Shown in pieces: positions 13,761 through 25,963 of a stretch of DNA of 64,000 nt (its first letter is position 1; the number at the start of each line of letters is the position of its first letter). Made by a program: the position numbers and the translations under genes. The notes under the pieces were generated by a model. It searched no databases, had not been told where the DNA came from, and was given only the letters and a program-made list of their open reading frames with translations. Origin of the DNA: Lama glama (Eukaryota); NCBI GenBank assembly GCA_028534125.1, contig CM052817.1, positions 83,888,001 to 83,952,000 of the forward strand, read 5' to 3'.

Positions 13761-14149
13761 ATGAGATCTCTACTGTCAAGACTGTTGCCTCCTAATACCA
13801 TCACATTGAAAATTAGGAATACAACAAATATTTAGTTGATAACAACAGCCATCGTACTTTGATGTGCTGTTAAAGTACTTTCTCCCCCTTAACTGTTACA
13901 ATAAAAAACAAAACATATAACATAAAATTTGCCATCTTAACTATTTTTGAGAATATGGTTTGGTACTGTTAAGTGTCTTCACGTTGCTGTGAAACATCTG
14001 CAGAACTTTTTCATTTTGCAAAACTACAGCTTCTTTCCCCATTTTGTCACACACAGTAAGACATGTACTCAAGGGCTGAGATTTCATAAAGTTACTTTTT
14101 TTTTTCTTCAGCAAGGACATCCTAAGTTGAAACTGGCATTTAAAAAAAA

Positions 14150-14376
14150 TTCAAGTACATAGCAGTGAATAATACAACCACTAGTAACCACTGCCTGGGT
14201 TTACATTAACAGTTTTATACATCATTGCTTTAGCACTATCAGCAGAAACGTGAACACAGTGAAAAGGGAAAATAATATCTTAGTATTATTATGAAAATAG
14301 TTTTGATTTTGCAGACTTTCTGAAAGGTTTTTGGGAACCCCTCCAAGCATCTACAGACCACATGTTGAGAACCATT
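14150..14376. mobile_element. hAT-Charlie MITE fragment (MER113-like)
   Basis: TCTTAGTATTATTATGAAAATAGTTTTGA...GACCACATGTTGAGAACCA motif. Confidence 0.55.
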
Positions 14377-15001
14377 TATTTAGATCAGTCTTAGAAAGAT
14401 CATTTTGGTGGCAGAAAGAGGAGGGAGATTGGAAAAACAAGGAGACCAGTTAGTTCAAGTGAAAGAGGAGGAAAGCCTCAATTTGAATAATGAAGTGCAG
14501 ATGAGAAGGAAAAGATATAGGCGAAATATCAGAAATGGAGTAGACTTACAGAATTGCAAGTATGTCTTTGGGATAATGAAATTATTGCCTTTGTACCAGG
14601 TTTTATCCCTTGTTTCTGCTGATTCAGTGTATATCATTAACCTAATTACTTATGAAGACTGAAAATTTCCCTGCTAACATAAGAAAAATAAACTAATCTA
14701 AACTAAATTAATAATGGATCTAGAAGAGGAATAAGCTAATTATTTAATTATGTGCTTCTACTTACAGTTTTAGTTTGAGAATTCATGACTATGTTCTTTA
14801 TCAACTTTGGAATTTACCCATATATTGAACATAAATAGCAATTCATATGTAGATCTGTATGTTCAGTAGTTTAGGTGAGTTTTGGGGACTAATGTCTTTT
14901 CCACTGCTCAGACTCTCAGTAACAAACAAATAGTTCAAATTGGTTTAAACACTTGGTTCTTGATATTTCAGTTTGAACATTTTTTCCCTCTCCTCAAACA
15001 G

Positions 15002-15162
15002 CAGTTCAAATGCTTCACCTTCAGAAGGTGCACCACTAGTAGGAAGTTATGGATGTACTCCTCATTCATTCCCAAAGTTCCAGCACCCTTCTCATGAACT
15101 TTTGAAGGAAAACGGTTTTACCCAACAAGTATACCACAAGTATCGTCGAAGATGCCTAAGTG
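15002..15162 (+). CDS. LARP1B: LARP1B internal coding exon (SSNASPSEG...KFQHPSHELLKENGFTQQVYHKYRRRCLS); upstream exons lie outside the window
   Basis: Translation matches the LARP1-family FQHPSHELLKENGF motif preceding DM15. Polypyrimidine tract plus CAGCAG acceptor (15002 or 15005); donor G|GTAAGA at 15163. Confidence 0.95.
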
Positions 15163-15489
15163 GTAAGATACCTTCCTTTGTATATCTATATTTAAAATTA
15201 AAATTGTGACATTTAATATCAGGTTAAAATATTCTTTTGTTATAATTTCCTTAAGTAGATGTGCTTATATATATTCTTTATTCATGTATTTTGTACTTTA
15301 GACATATTATGAAGTAAAGTTTAGTATATCTTATTACTATTGGCAAATACTTAAATTTGAGCAATGTGTCAGAAAATGGATTATTAGTTCTTTGTTTAGA
15401 AGAAACCCAAATACGTTTTGAGGATTAATGTTTCGGCTTTCTTTTTTTTTAAGTTATATAAAACATCTGCTGTTTTGATTTTTTTCCAG

Positions 15490-15634
15490 AGAGAAAACGC
15501 TTGGGAATTGGCCAGTCCCAAGAAATGAATACCCTCTTTCGTTTCTGGTCCTTTTTCCTCAGAGATCATTTCAATAAAAAAATGTATGAGGAATTTAGAC
15601 AACTTGCTTGGGAAGATGCAAAAGAAAATTACAG
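15490..15634 (+). CDS. LARP1B: LARP1B coding exon ([49 protein letters not shown]), DM15 region
   Basis: TTTTTCCAG acceptor; phase matches the previous exon (G+AG=Glu); donor AG|GTCAAA; DM15 motif [18 protein letters not shown]. Confidence 0.96.
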
Positions 15635-15735
15635 GTCAAATATTTTGTCATGTTTTTACACTTGGAGTTTTTTAAAAATACTAAAAACTAGTACTGAAGT
15701 AGCCTGATTTTGAATTGTGAAACCGAAGAGAGGGC

Positions 15736-16238
15736 TATATTTAAGTTGTCTGTTGCTGCATAGCATATTACCCCAAAACTCAGTAGCTTAAAACAGCGAA
15801 CGTTTATTAGTTCGCAGTTTCTGAAGGTCAAGACTCCAGAAACAGCTTAGTTGGGTGGCTCTGGCTCAGGTCTCTTGTAGGACTGCAGTCAAGGTATTAG
15901 ACAGGGCTGCAGTCTCTGAAGACTTAACAGGCTAGAGGATCCTCTTCAAGCTCATTTGCATGGGTGTTGACAGGAAGCTTCAGCACCTCACCAAATAGGC
16001 CTCCCCGTAGGGCATTTCACAACATGACTTCACCCAGAGTGAATGATTTAAGAAATGGGGAGAACTTCCAAGATGGAAGCCTCAGTGTCTTACATAACCT
16101 GTACTTGTAAGTGACATCACTTCTGTCATGTTAATAGTGTTCACACAGACCAGCCCTGGTACAGTGTGGAAGGAGACTACACAAAGTTGCTGGTATCAAG
16201 AGGTAGGATTATTTGGAACCATCTTAGGGTCTGATACA
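15736..16238 (-). mobile_element. MLT1-type MaLR solo LTR in a LARP1B intron
   Basis: TTGCTGCATAGCATATTACCCCAAAACTCAGTAGCTTAAAACA motif; near 5-bp TSD AGGGC/AAGGC. Confidence 0.8.
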
Positions 16239-16435
16239 AAGGCCAAATGAAATTTAAAAGAGAGATTTTTCTCATTCTTGTTCCCACCATTACAGATTTA
16301 TCTTGGATGTGCATATACATCCCCAAGTTGATACATGCTTAGAGCCAAACCAGTTAAGATTCCTTGAGTCCAGAAAAAGTAAGGCCTCTCATGGTACATC
16401 CTAACTCACCTGTTCAATCTCATTTTTTCCTACAA

Positions 16436-16668
16436 CAGTTGACCCTTGAGCAATATGGGTTTGAACTGCATAGGTCCTTATATGCAGATCTGAAAAATCA
16501 GTATTAAATACTACAGCACTGCATAATCCGTGCTTGATTGAATCTGCTGATGAGGAACTGAAGATACAGAGGAACCATGTATATGTGAAGGGCCAACCTT
16601 AAGTTGCACTCAGATTTCTGACTGGGAGCGTTGGAGCTCTTAACCCTCATACGTTGAAGGGTCAGCTG
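16436..16668 (+). mobile_element. MER8-like Tigger2 MITE
   Basis: TIRs CAGTTGACCCTTGAGCAA / TTGAAGGGTCAGCTG-TA; about 233 bp. Confidence 0.85.
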
Positions 16669-17578
16669 TAGTCTTCCAGGCCACAGTAGTACTGAAATAC
16701 ATACTCTGCAAATGAACTGAGCTCTCTAGCCTCTAGACATCTGTACATATTTTTACCTCTGCTTGCTCTTCTCTTCTTCCTCCCTCTGCTTTGCTAACTC
16801 TTCTTTTTTGCCCAGATTAGATCTTGCTTCCTTGAGAAATGTTTAGGGTTAAGTTTGTGCGTAGGACTGAGTTGAGACCAGACTAAGAGGGTGAGAAGCA
16901 ACATGAAATGGACTCATGCAAGCTTTTTATTCCTGGGAAAAGGAAGGAAGGAAAGATGAGATGGAAGAAGAAAAAAGATAATTTCCCACTGAATATTTAC
17001 CTGTATTTACCCTTCTTCAGTTTCTAAAAATAGATTCCTCTTGTAAATCTCAAGTAAGAATATATTATTAATCAGATATTGTGGTATTCAAGAGGAATAC
17101 AAGATGTTACAAATAAATTTTTCTGAAAAAAATTTACATTTGCACTGACTTGTGTAAAAATAAAGCCCATTTAATTTTCATCTAGAATCTTTATCAGATA
17201 AAGGAACGACAGCTACATGGCATGTGTACCTCTGTTTCCCTCTCCTCTGTCCATTACTGACATCTTTAATCATTCCAGCATTGTTTAATATTGTTCTTGA
17301 ATTCAGATTTATGGTCTTTATCACAGCTTTAATAGCTTCTGCCAGTTTACCAGACTTGGCACAAAAGGCAGAATTTGCCATTTCTGATCTCAATGTTCTC
17401 ATTCAGACTATGGTTTTCTACCCACTAGTGGGTTGTGAAATCAGTTTAGTGATTGTGACTTACTTAAAAATACAGTGGAAAATATAAGACTACACTGATC
17501 ATAGTAAGATCGATATGTATTATAATTCATACATGCATACAAATTTAAGAATTACTTGCAAGACTTATATATGCTTTT

Positions 17579-17712
17579 TTTTAACTTTTTGTTTGTGAGG
17601 GGAGGTAGTTAGGTTTATTTACTTATTTTTAGAGGAGATGCTAGGAGGGATTGAACTTGAGACCTTGTGCATGCTAAGAAAGTCCTTTACCACTTGAGCT
17701 ACACCCTCCCTC
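17579..17712 (-). mobile_element. tRNA-Ala-derived SINE (camelid vic-1-like)
   Basis: A/B boxes on -; exact 16-bp TSD ACTTATATATGCTTTT at 17563-17578 and 17713-17728. Confidence 0.88.
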
Positions 17713-18177
17713 ACTTATATATGCTTTTATGTACACACACATATATGTGAGTAATGTGTTGACTTGGTCACAAGGTAAAATATTTTATTACTATTGGATT
17801 TAGAGAAGTATGAAAGCCTCTGTTATAATTAATCTTAGTTTATTTAGCTATTTAGGCACACAATTTGTTTGTTCCTCAGGACATTCTATTAACTATTTTG
17901 ATCCCATTTCTACCCAAGTCTAGATAGAGAGTTCCTATTCTTTGTTCCTGTGGTATTCTGTGTATGTTTCTAATTGCTTTTTAAAACAATTTTCTAATTT
18001 TGGTCTGTTTCTGCAGTATTCATAACTAGACTGGATTAGCTACTCCTTAGAAAGTATAGCACAGTGGTTAAGCACCTGAAGGCTTTGAAATCAAACCTGG
18101 TTTTGAGTCCCAGCTCAGTAACTTACTGTGACCTTGGCAAGTTATAATCCCAGTAAGTTTTAGGTTCTTTTTAAAGT

Positions 18178-18307
18178 GAGGAGTGTATAGTTCAAGTAGT
18201 AGAGCACATGTTTAGCATGCACAAGGTCCTAGCTTCATTCCCCAATACCTCCTCTAAGAAAACAAATAAATAAATAAAGCCAATACCCCCCACACACAAA
18301 AAAAGAA
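18178..18307 (+). mobile_element. vic-1-like SINE inserted in a MIR (about 18050-18430)
   Basis: TATAGTTCAAGTAGTAGAG...GCTTCATTCCCCAATACCTCC, A-rich tail; TAAAGTG repeated on both flanks. Confidence 0.82.
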
Positions 18308-20353
18308 TAAAGTGGGGGGAAATTATGGTAGGTAGATACCCTCATAGGGTTGTTGTGAAGATTAAACAAAACAGAACATGTAAAGTACTTAACATATTTG
18401 ATATACATGATAAGTCTTGAATAAATGGTTACTCTATTGGGAAGAAGATGAGTACTAAATATATCCATTGACTAATGACAGCAGTAAGATGGTTTCAAGA
18501 AGGAAGGAGAGAAATAACATTTATTACATACATATCTGCAATGTGCCAGCTCTGGTCTAAGTGCTTTACAAATATTATCTGTTCTTGAAAAGTAGGATAT
18601 TATTATTATTCTCATTTTTAGGGATATGATTATAAGCCTAGAATTCAAATATAGTTCTTTCTGATTCTCAGCCTTTATGTTTTCTCCTCCTCTGAGCTGA
18701 GGAGTAAGTGAGCAAATGAAAGAAGCTGGTCATTTGCTCCTGCTCTTCACTCCAGCACTTTTGCTGCATATTTGGGTTGTGTTATTAGTGTCATATTTTG
18801 GACCTTTGGAATTAGATTGCTAAAAAATAAGACTAGAAATTCAAATATTGTAGTGGTTCATTGGCCTTTACCAATAATCTAAGAATTCTAACATTCCTCT
18901 AAAATGTCATTTACTCGTTAAAACCCCAGATTTCTCAATTCTGCTTTCCAGAAAGAAAGAAAGAAGGAAGCCTAGGATCCACCTGCAAAGATTATGATTT
19001 CATTGGTTTGGAGAAGAGACTGGGCATTAGCATCTAGGCATCTTTTAAAAGCTCCCCAGATACTCTGTATCTGTAACCAAGTTTGAGAACCACTGGTATC
19101 AATATAATCTGAGCCCATAGGGGAGTGTCAAGGCAGTTTTGTCATTTGAGCTGGTGTTACTTTAGTCCTCAGTTTCCTTAGCCTTTAATAATACAGGCTC
19201 AAAGAATAGCATCACTTATGGCTACCAAAGAAAAAAGCTCATGGTAGTGATTCATTGGTAGTCCTAGAATTCTCTTGGCACCTTGCCAAGAAACCTATTT
19301 ATTCTTCTGAAGAGACCATTACTCTCCATCTTGTAAATAAGCTGGTTACAAAAGACATGTACATACAGACGCAGACACAGACACACACACCCTTCTTCCT
19401 ATAAATAAAAACCAGGCAGTATTACGTTACCAGGACTAAAGAAATTGTGGCTTCTACTCCACTGAGGCACCCAGAATGACTTAAGGATTCCAGCTGAGGA
19501 ATTTTTTGATTGTGACATGTTTTAGTTGAGTGAACTAGGCAGTCCTTTTACTGCTGTCCATTGATCTTGTCCATGTCCACTCTCATGGGTTCTGCTCATC
19601 ACCATTAGTTGAAGATTGAGCCCATGTAGTTTCCTGATTCACTGTCCAAAACTTGCCTCAGTTTCTCTAGGTAGTTATAAGAGGAAACATTTATTTTCTG
19701 ATTTATGTAGTGATTACAATTCTTTTGGCAAAATATCTTTTATTAAATGTACTTTATAACTAAAGCAGGAAGGCTCTCTTAGGCCATTTAATTAGGTTTG
19801 TCCCTTTATAGTTTAGTCAACCACACCTAGGGTCTATGGCCCAAGAGTGCAGTGTTTATCTTTCTACCGTAAAAAAATATTCAATAGTATTTAATACCAT
19901 GCACTAACATCATTATAAACCTTAGTTTAGGAAAAAAGATCTAAAACATTGCCAATTTGTCACTAAATGTTTTTTTAAAATTGAAGTATAGTTGATTTAC
20001 AATGTAGTGTGTTACTAAACATTTTAACCAGCTCTTCAGAAATACCAGGGAGAGATTCTCTGTCCAAAGAAGCCATACTCTAGTTGTCCAAGGGTTGCCT
20101 CTTATTCTGCAGATTCCCAGTGTACCTCCATGAAATGCTATGGCTGAGTTAACAAAAATAGCAAAGCCAGCTATGGATTTCTAGTTACCACTTCAGCTAA
20201 AAATCTGCATACTAAACATTACGTACATTTAAACATTTTTGTTTGAGATTATTTGTGCCATGTTTGCTTGTATCAATGCTATTAGTTAATATGAGATGTT
20301 TGCATTATTATAGCAAAAATTTTATTATAAACCTTTCCCCCTCTGCTCCACAG

Positions 20354-20463
20354 GTATGGATTAGAGTGTCTGTTCAGGTTTTATAGTTACGGACTGGAAA
20401 AAAAATTCAGACAAGAAATTTTTAAGGATTTCGAAGAAGAAACCAAAAAAGACTATGAATCTG
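20354..20463 (+). CDS. LARP1B: LARP1B coding exon ([36 protein letters not shown]), DM15 region
   Basis: Manually translated (not in the ORF track). CCACAG acceptor, phase-consistent (AG+G=Arg); donor [26 protein letters not shown] is a DM15 signature. Confidence 0.96.
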
Positions 20464-21172
20464 GTAAAACAAAACAAAACAACAACCTAATTCTATTTGT
20501 AAATTGTAAACCTAAGTCTGTCAATAAATAGGGGAGTAGTTCATAACTTATTTTTCAGGGAAAACCACTTAAGACTTTCAGGACACTACAGTTCATGATG
20601 AAGGATGGAGCACCATATAGTAAGAAGGCCTTTCCTGTGAGGTGTTGGAAAAATAAGCACTCCCAAGTGTTTCCTTTATGGATTTGTTTTTTGCCATTAT
20701 TCCTTTGACAAACATGACTACTCACTGATGTCCTATTACATGAAATTTCTGTGTTAACATGAGCAGATATGCTTGGAAATGTGGAACAGCACAGTGGCTG
20801 GCAGTACAAGCACTGGGCTAGATCCTTAAGTCTGAATCCCATTTCCACTAGTAGCTCTGTGGCAGTAAGTTACTTACCCTTGTTAGCCTCAGTTTACCCA
20901 TCAGTAATATACACAAGAGCACCTGTATTACAGGGTTATATATAGTTCAAATTAGTTTAGTATATAATAAGCCATTTGAATAAAACTAAATAATATGTGG
21001 CAAATGCTCAGTAAATGTTAGCTGCCAGTATTCATTACAGTGTCTTATTCTCAAGATCTAGATAAAATGTGTATTAGAAGACATGGTTTAACACTGGTAG
21101 GCTCATATTCAATATGAATCATTTTTTAAAGATTCTGTATAATTTGTCATGTATATTCTTCTTTGTTATTAG

Positions 21173-21300
21173 GTCAGCTGTATGGATTAGAAAAGTTTTG
21201 GGCTTATCTAAAATATTCTCAATCTAAGATGCAGTCTGTTGACCCAAAACTTCAAGAATACCTCTGTAGCTTTAAGAAGTTGGAAGACTTCCGTGTTGAT
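21173..21300 (+). CDS. LARP1B: LARP1B coding exon (GQLYGLEKFWAYLKYS...LEDFRVD)
   Basis: TTATTAG acceptor; GQLYGLEKFWAYLKY DM15 motif; consensus donor GTAAGT at 21301. Confidence 0.96.
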
Positions 21301-22494
21301 GTAAGTTTTAAGTCCCTTCCCCTGTGTCTTTTTATTACTCTTATATTTAATCAGTGACTTTCTGAACTTTAATTTAAAAATTTTTATTTTTTAACTTTTA
21401 TTTTGATATTTTAACTTTCCAGTTTTGAAATCAAACTTTACAACAGGTACAAAAATAGTATAGAAAATTCCCATATACTCTGTTTACCCAAAGTCCCTAA
21501 ATGTTCACATCTTACATAACCACAGTACACTTGTCAGGTCACTTTAATTTTGTTACGCACCTATAATTAAACATTTTATAGATTTAGTAACTTTTATGTG
21601 GCTATGTTACTTAATTCTCACTACAGTTTGTAAATTTTTCACTTTTTATGTACTTATGTTCTAGTTTTTATAACATGTGCTGGTATAACATGGATTTAGG
21701 TTTCCATGCATAATAAAATGAGAGCAAGAATGTCATATGTGCATCTGTAGAAACAGGAGAATAGGCTTTAAACAATTTGATTTCAAGAGGAAAAGAAAAA
21801 CATTTAAAAAAAAAAGAATGGAGTGAACATAAGCAGATAAAAGAGAAGGAGGAAGAAAAGAGAAATAAGGAAAAAGGAAGTTTAGGTGCATCTCTGCTTA
21901 ACCTTACAATTTGTTTGATTGTAGTTTTATATAAATGGATTTGATAGCTCCATAATGGAGTTAACAGAACTGCCTATGTCTCTGGAATTAAAGAGTTAGG
22001 TTTCTAGAGTGGTCCAGCCAGTTCTGTCACAAAGACATCCCTGCTCTGTAAGAGTGGCTTTGCCCTATCTGAACAGCAGCTAAGAATTCAGGCCTCTGCT
22101 TTTAAATACAATGGAAGTTTGGAGAAGGAAGGGATTAGAGTTATAAATGCTTTGCAGTTGACAGAAGTTGAATAAAGAAGAGAAATAGCATCTCTGTAAC
22201 ATTTTCTCAGAGGCAAGGAACCCAGCCTTATGGTTATATTCTACTATGTAGTTCAAGCCTAAAACAGGAGTAGCTTAATAAATGTGAATGAAAGAGTGAA
22301 AATACTAGTAGGCTGTTATAGTTAGGGAGGAAATTTAAGTTTAATATCTTATACTACTCTTAAGTTTTCATAACACTAATAAAGTCTACTGAAGCACCAA
22401 CATAGTTTCCCTCTGTTAGAAAAAATCTGGCTTTAGATTTTGAAGGGAGAAAAAATAGTAAAATCATCACTATGTTGTATTTCATAATTTGCAG

Positions 22495-22740
22495 CCCCCT
22501 ATTGGTGAGGAATTTGGAAGAAAAAGACATTCATCTACTTCTGGTGAGGAGAGTAATCGTCACAGACTTCCATCTTATTCCTCTGCAAAGCCACCGAATG
22601 CTGCTAAGCATACACCTGCCAATCAGCTTCAGGTCCCAACAAACTCTCCCAGAAGGAATACTTCCCAGCAGTCCAGCGACAATTCACACCAGAACAGTGC
22701 TGCCTCAGTCTCAACAAATGGTGAACTGCCTGAGAAATAG
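22495..22740 (+). CDS. LARP1B: LARP1B terminal coding exon (PPIGEEFGRKRHSSTSGEES...NGELPEK*)
   Basis: TTTGCAG acceptor, phase 0 after FRVD; resembles the recalled LARP1B C-terminus; TAG stop at 22738-22740. Confidence 0.93.
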   Translation, partial: PPIGEEFGRKRHSSTSGEESNRHRLPSYSSAKPPNAAKHTPANQLQVPTNSPRRNTSQQSSDNSHQNSAASVSTNGELPEK

Positions 22741-23718
22741 ACTCTTAACAAAAGTCGTTTGCCCTTGAAATCAACATTTACATCAGTATTTATTTGGGAA
22801 AATCTTCTGATGTTTAATTGTGATAATCAGAAAAAGAAAAAGGAAGAAAAGTGGTAGCATTTTTTCTAGCAAGATAAATTCTGGAAACGTTTTTCCTGAT
22901 TTCACGAACAAGGATAGTTTTGGTGACCTTTTATAGAGATCCTCTAGTAATGTATTTTGGTTTCAGTATTTCTTTTTCAAAGCCATTTGTTTACAAGAAC
23001 AGCATTCCTTAAATATATACAAAAACAGCAGGAATGCCTAACATTTTGGCTCATACTTCTTAAAGAAGATATAGTATGTTGTATTCATCTCTTCTATAGA
23101 GCTTTCTTGAAGAATCCAATTACCCCCACTATCAATTCATATTTGAACTTATCAAAAACAAAGGAAGATTACGTATATATTTTTTAAATTCAAAAAAAGA
23201 ATATGAAATGATACAGTTACTTTTCTTTTTAGATGTATAGTTTAAAGGAAACTTTTTTTATATACAAAAGTGGAAATACATTGTGGTTAGATTGAAGTAT
23301 GTGCACTTTGGATGTTGTGTTTTGCTTTTTCTCCCCCCCAGTCACAACTCATGATTTCCATAGTTATTATTGTGTTGGTGCAGTGTTCTGAATTGGCTTC
23401 AGCTGGTTACGTATCAGGAGCGATTTACCTTTTGTTACTATATAAACCTGTGCGAGTAATTGAAAACTGGGTTGGGATTGGTTGGAAATTTGTTCTAAAT
23501 TAACTAAATCTTACATTGTTTTGAATACATCTGCTGTTGTACATTCTGCAGATGTGTATGTCACAAGCAGTCAGATTATCTTCAATTTAAAAGGAGTACC
23601 TAGTTTTTCCTTTTCGTGTCTTTTAGTTTTATTTTATGCCTATAAGTGTTTTCAAGAAACAAACTAGTTTTTATTGCTGTTGGAACTGATGTAAATGATA
23701 GTTTCAGTTTTTGTGGGA

Positions 23719-23729
23719 ATTAAAATAAA
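23719..23729 (+). terminator. Probable LARP1B polyadenylation signal (overlapping ATTAAA/AATAAA), giving a 3'UTR of about 1 kb
   Basis: ATTAAAATAAA followed about 25-50 nt later by a T-rich downstream element. Confidence 0.7.
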
Positions 23730-25657
23730 GCACTTATTCTAAATTATTTGAATTGATTTTTTAATTATTTTTGTTTTAGAATATAGTTGAAAAGCTGTAA
23801 TTTTCAAATTCTGCTAGTAGAAGACCATTGCATTTTGTGAATGAAGTTTCAGTTTTAAACTTGTATCTTTTTATTTAGCTCATATATTTTCTTGTATTGG
23901 CAGATGCAGCTAGTTTAATACACTTAATTAATTTATTTTCTTTTTGATGTATTGTTCTTATAGAATGACAGCATTGAAATACATATCTGGATAAACGGAC
24001 AATTCATTAAATAAGAGATTTTCATTAGGTTATTTCCCATGAATAAATGATAATCTGTAGTTTTGTAATATTTAATATTTGAGGTCATTTTGATGTTTTA
24101 ATTTTAAGAAATTGTCAGATTCAAAAACTCAAAATCTACTTAGATCTTGGAAAGAGAATGCAAAACAGCTAATAGACTTAGAATAATAAATTTTTTAATG
24201 TTTTATTAACTGTGTATATAGTTCTGGCTTTCCAGTGAGAAATTTCCAAACCTCGTTTATTCTTTTTCTCAGTATCCTTTTTTTGTTGAACACATACATC
24301 TGAAACCTGTATTTAACCTAAGGTTACTTCTACTCACCTAAATATGCAGATGTAAATTTGATTGGGAAATTGTATGAAAATACAGTAATCAAGAGTTTTA
24401 TAATATGTAATAAATTAGTAATTTTATATTATTTTGATTATAAAAGCAACACATGCACATTGGGAAATTTAGAAAAGCACAAAGAAGAAAATAAAATACC
24501 CTTTTAAGAGGAAAAAACCAAAATTGGTATCATGATATACATATAACATTATAACCTGCTGTTTTCACATGGAGGTGAGCATTTTCTGATGTCATTAATA
24601 TTTCTACACCATGACTTTTACAAGTTGCATAGTATTACAGCATGTGGTTGTACCATAGTTTATTTAGCTAAATCCCCTGTGGTTGACTTTAGCATGTGGC
24701 CGGGTTTGGGATGTTACAAACAACAATTTAATTAATAATACCCCTACAGATAAATCTTGATATATAAACTTGGAGTTACTGCCTAGCATAAATTCCTAGA
24801 AGTTGAAATTCTATGTAAAAATGTATTCCCATTTAAAGCACTCTAGAATGGTTGAGCAGTTTGTACTTTCACCAACAGCATCTGCTTTTCTGTGTCCTCA
24901 GCAACACTGGTTACTAAAATTATTTTTCTTTGATAGATTGAGAAAAATATTTTTAAATTTTATTTTAATCAGGTTACTAATGAGTGATAATTTTTATTGT
25001 TTATTAACTACATTATTTGTAGATGGTTTGATCATATCCTTAATGTTTTCCTTTTGGAGTGATTCTTTTTCTAATTGATTTATAGACCTCTTTTACTTAT
25101 CCAGATTATTAACCCTTTGCTTTCTACTTTTGTTTATGTATGTTTGACATGGTATGTACATTTCTTTGATAAAATTTTAAAAATTATACTCCTTAAATTC
25201 CAAATGTGAATCTCAAGCAAATAAAAGCATTGTTATTCATTGAAAAGAAAAACATTATTAACTGTAAGTCTAAATAGCTCTACTCAAAATTTATGTAAGT
25301 TCCTAGAGACTTTAGATGCTTCCTTTCTGTGATTTTGCATCTTTCAATTTTATTAAATAAAAAAAGGCGATATTAAAATGTTTAAATCCATACTACTTGT
25401 GCTTTTAAAGGAATAATTGAAGCCACTTTTGGAATTCTTTATACTAAAAGTAATTAAGAAAGAAAATTATGTTCTAAAATAGATACCACTTTAGTTGTTA
25501 AATAGATTTTCTTTTTAAACTGGCTTTACCAGTTTGGGACTTCACTCTGACATTCTCTCATACTTCTCCTTGCCATTATCCTGAATGATGCTACCTCTTT
25601 CCTTTCTGTGCTTAATTGTATCTTTTACCTAATTTGTTAGATCCATGACACTGCTTT

Positions 25658-25820
25658 TTTTTAAAAAAATTAAAATATAGTTGATTTACAATATTGTGTT
25701 AGTTTCAGGTGTACAGCAAAATGTTTAGGTTATATATATTTTTTTCAGATTCTTTTCCTTTATAGGTTATTACAAGATATTGAATATAGTTGTCTGTGCT
25801 TTACAGTAAATCCTTGTTTG
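25658..25820 (-). mobile_element. 5'-truncated younger L1 3' end
   Basis: ATATAGTTGATTTACAATATTGTGTTAGTTTCAGGTGTACAGC motif; TSD-like ACTGCTT on both flanks. Confidence 0.75.
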
Positions 25821-25881
25821 GAAACTGCTTATTTTTATTTTATTACATAGGAGACTGATCCAAGAGTAATACCTAACTATA

Positions 25882-25900
25882 TTGCCACTAGATGGCAGAA
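25882..25900 (+). promoter_or_regulatory. Candidate CTCF binding motif TTGCCACTAGATGGCAGAA
   Basis: Close match to the CTCF core CCAC(C/T)AG(A/G)(T/G)GGC(A/G)G in unique sequence. Confidence 0.6.
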
Positions 25901-25926
25901 TGGAATAACTCAGATACGTAAGTCTT

Positions 25927-25928
<2 letters not shown>

Positions 25929-25960
<32 letters not shown>
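25929..25960. repeat. (GT)16 microsatellite
   Basis: Direct reading. Confidence 0.97.

Positions 25961-25963
<3 letters not shown>

Noticed and set aside
20354..21192. Repeated GTATGGATTAGA / YGLE motif in two exons
   Set aside because: Explained by the known internal repeats of the DM15 region.
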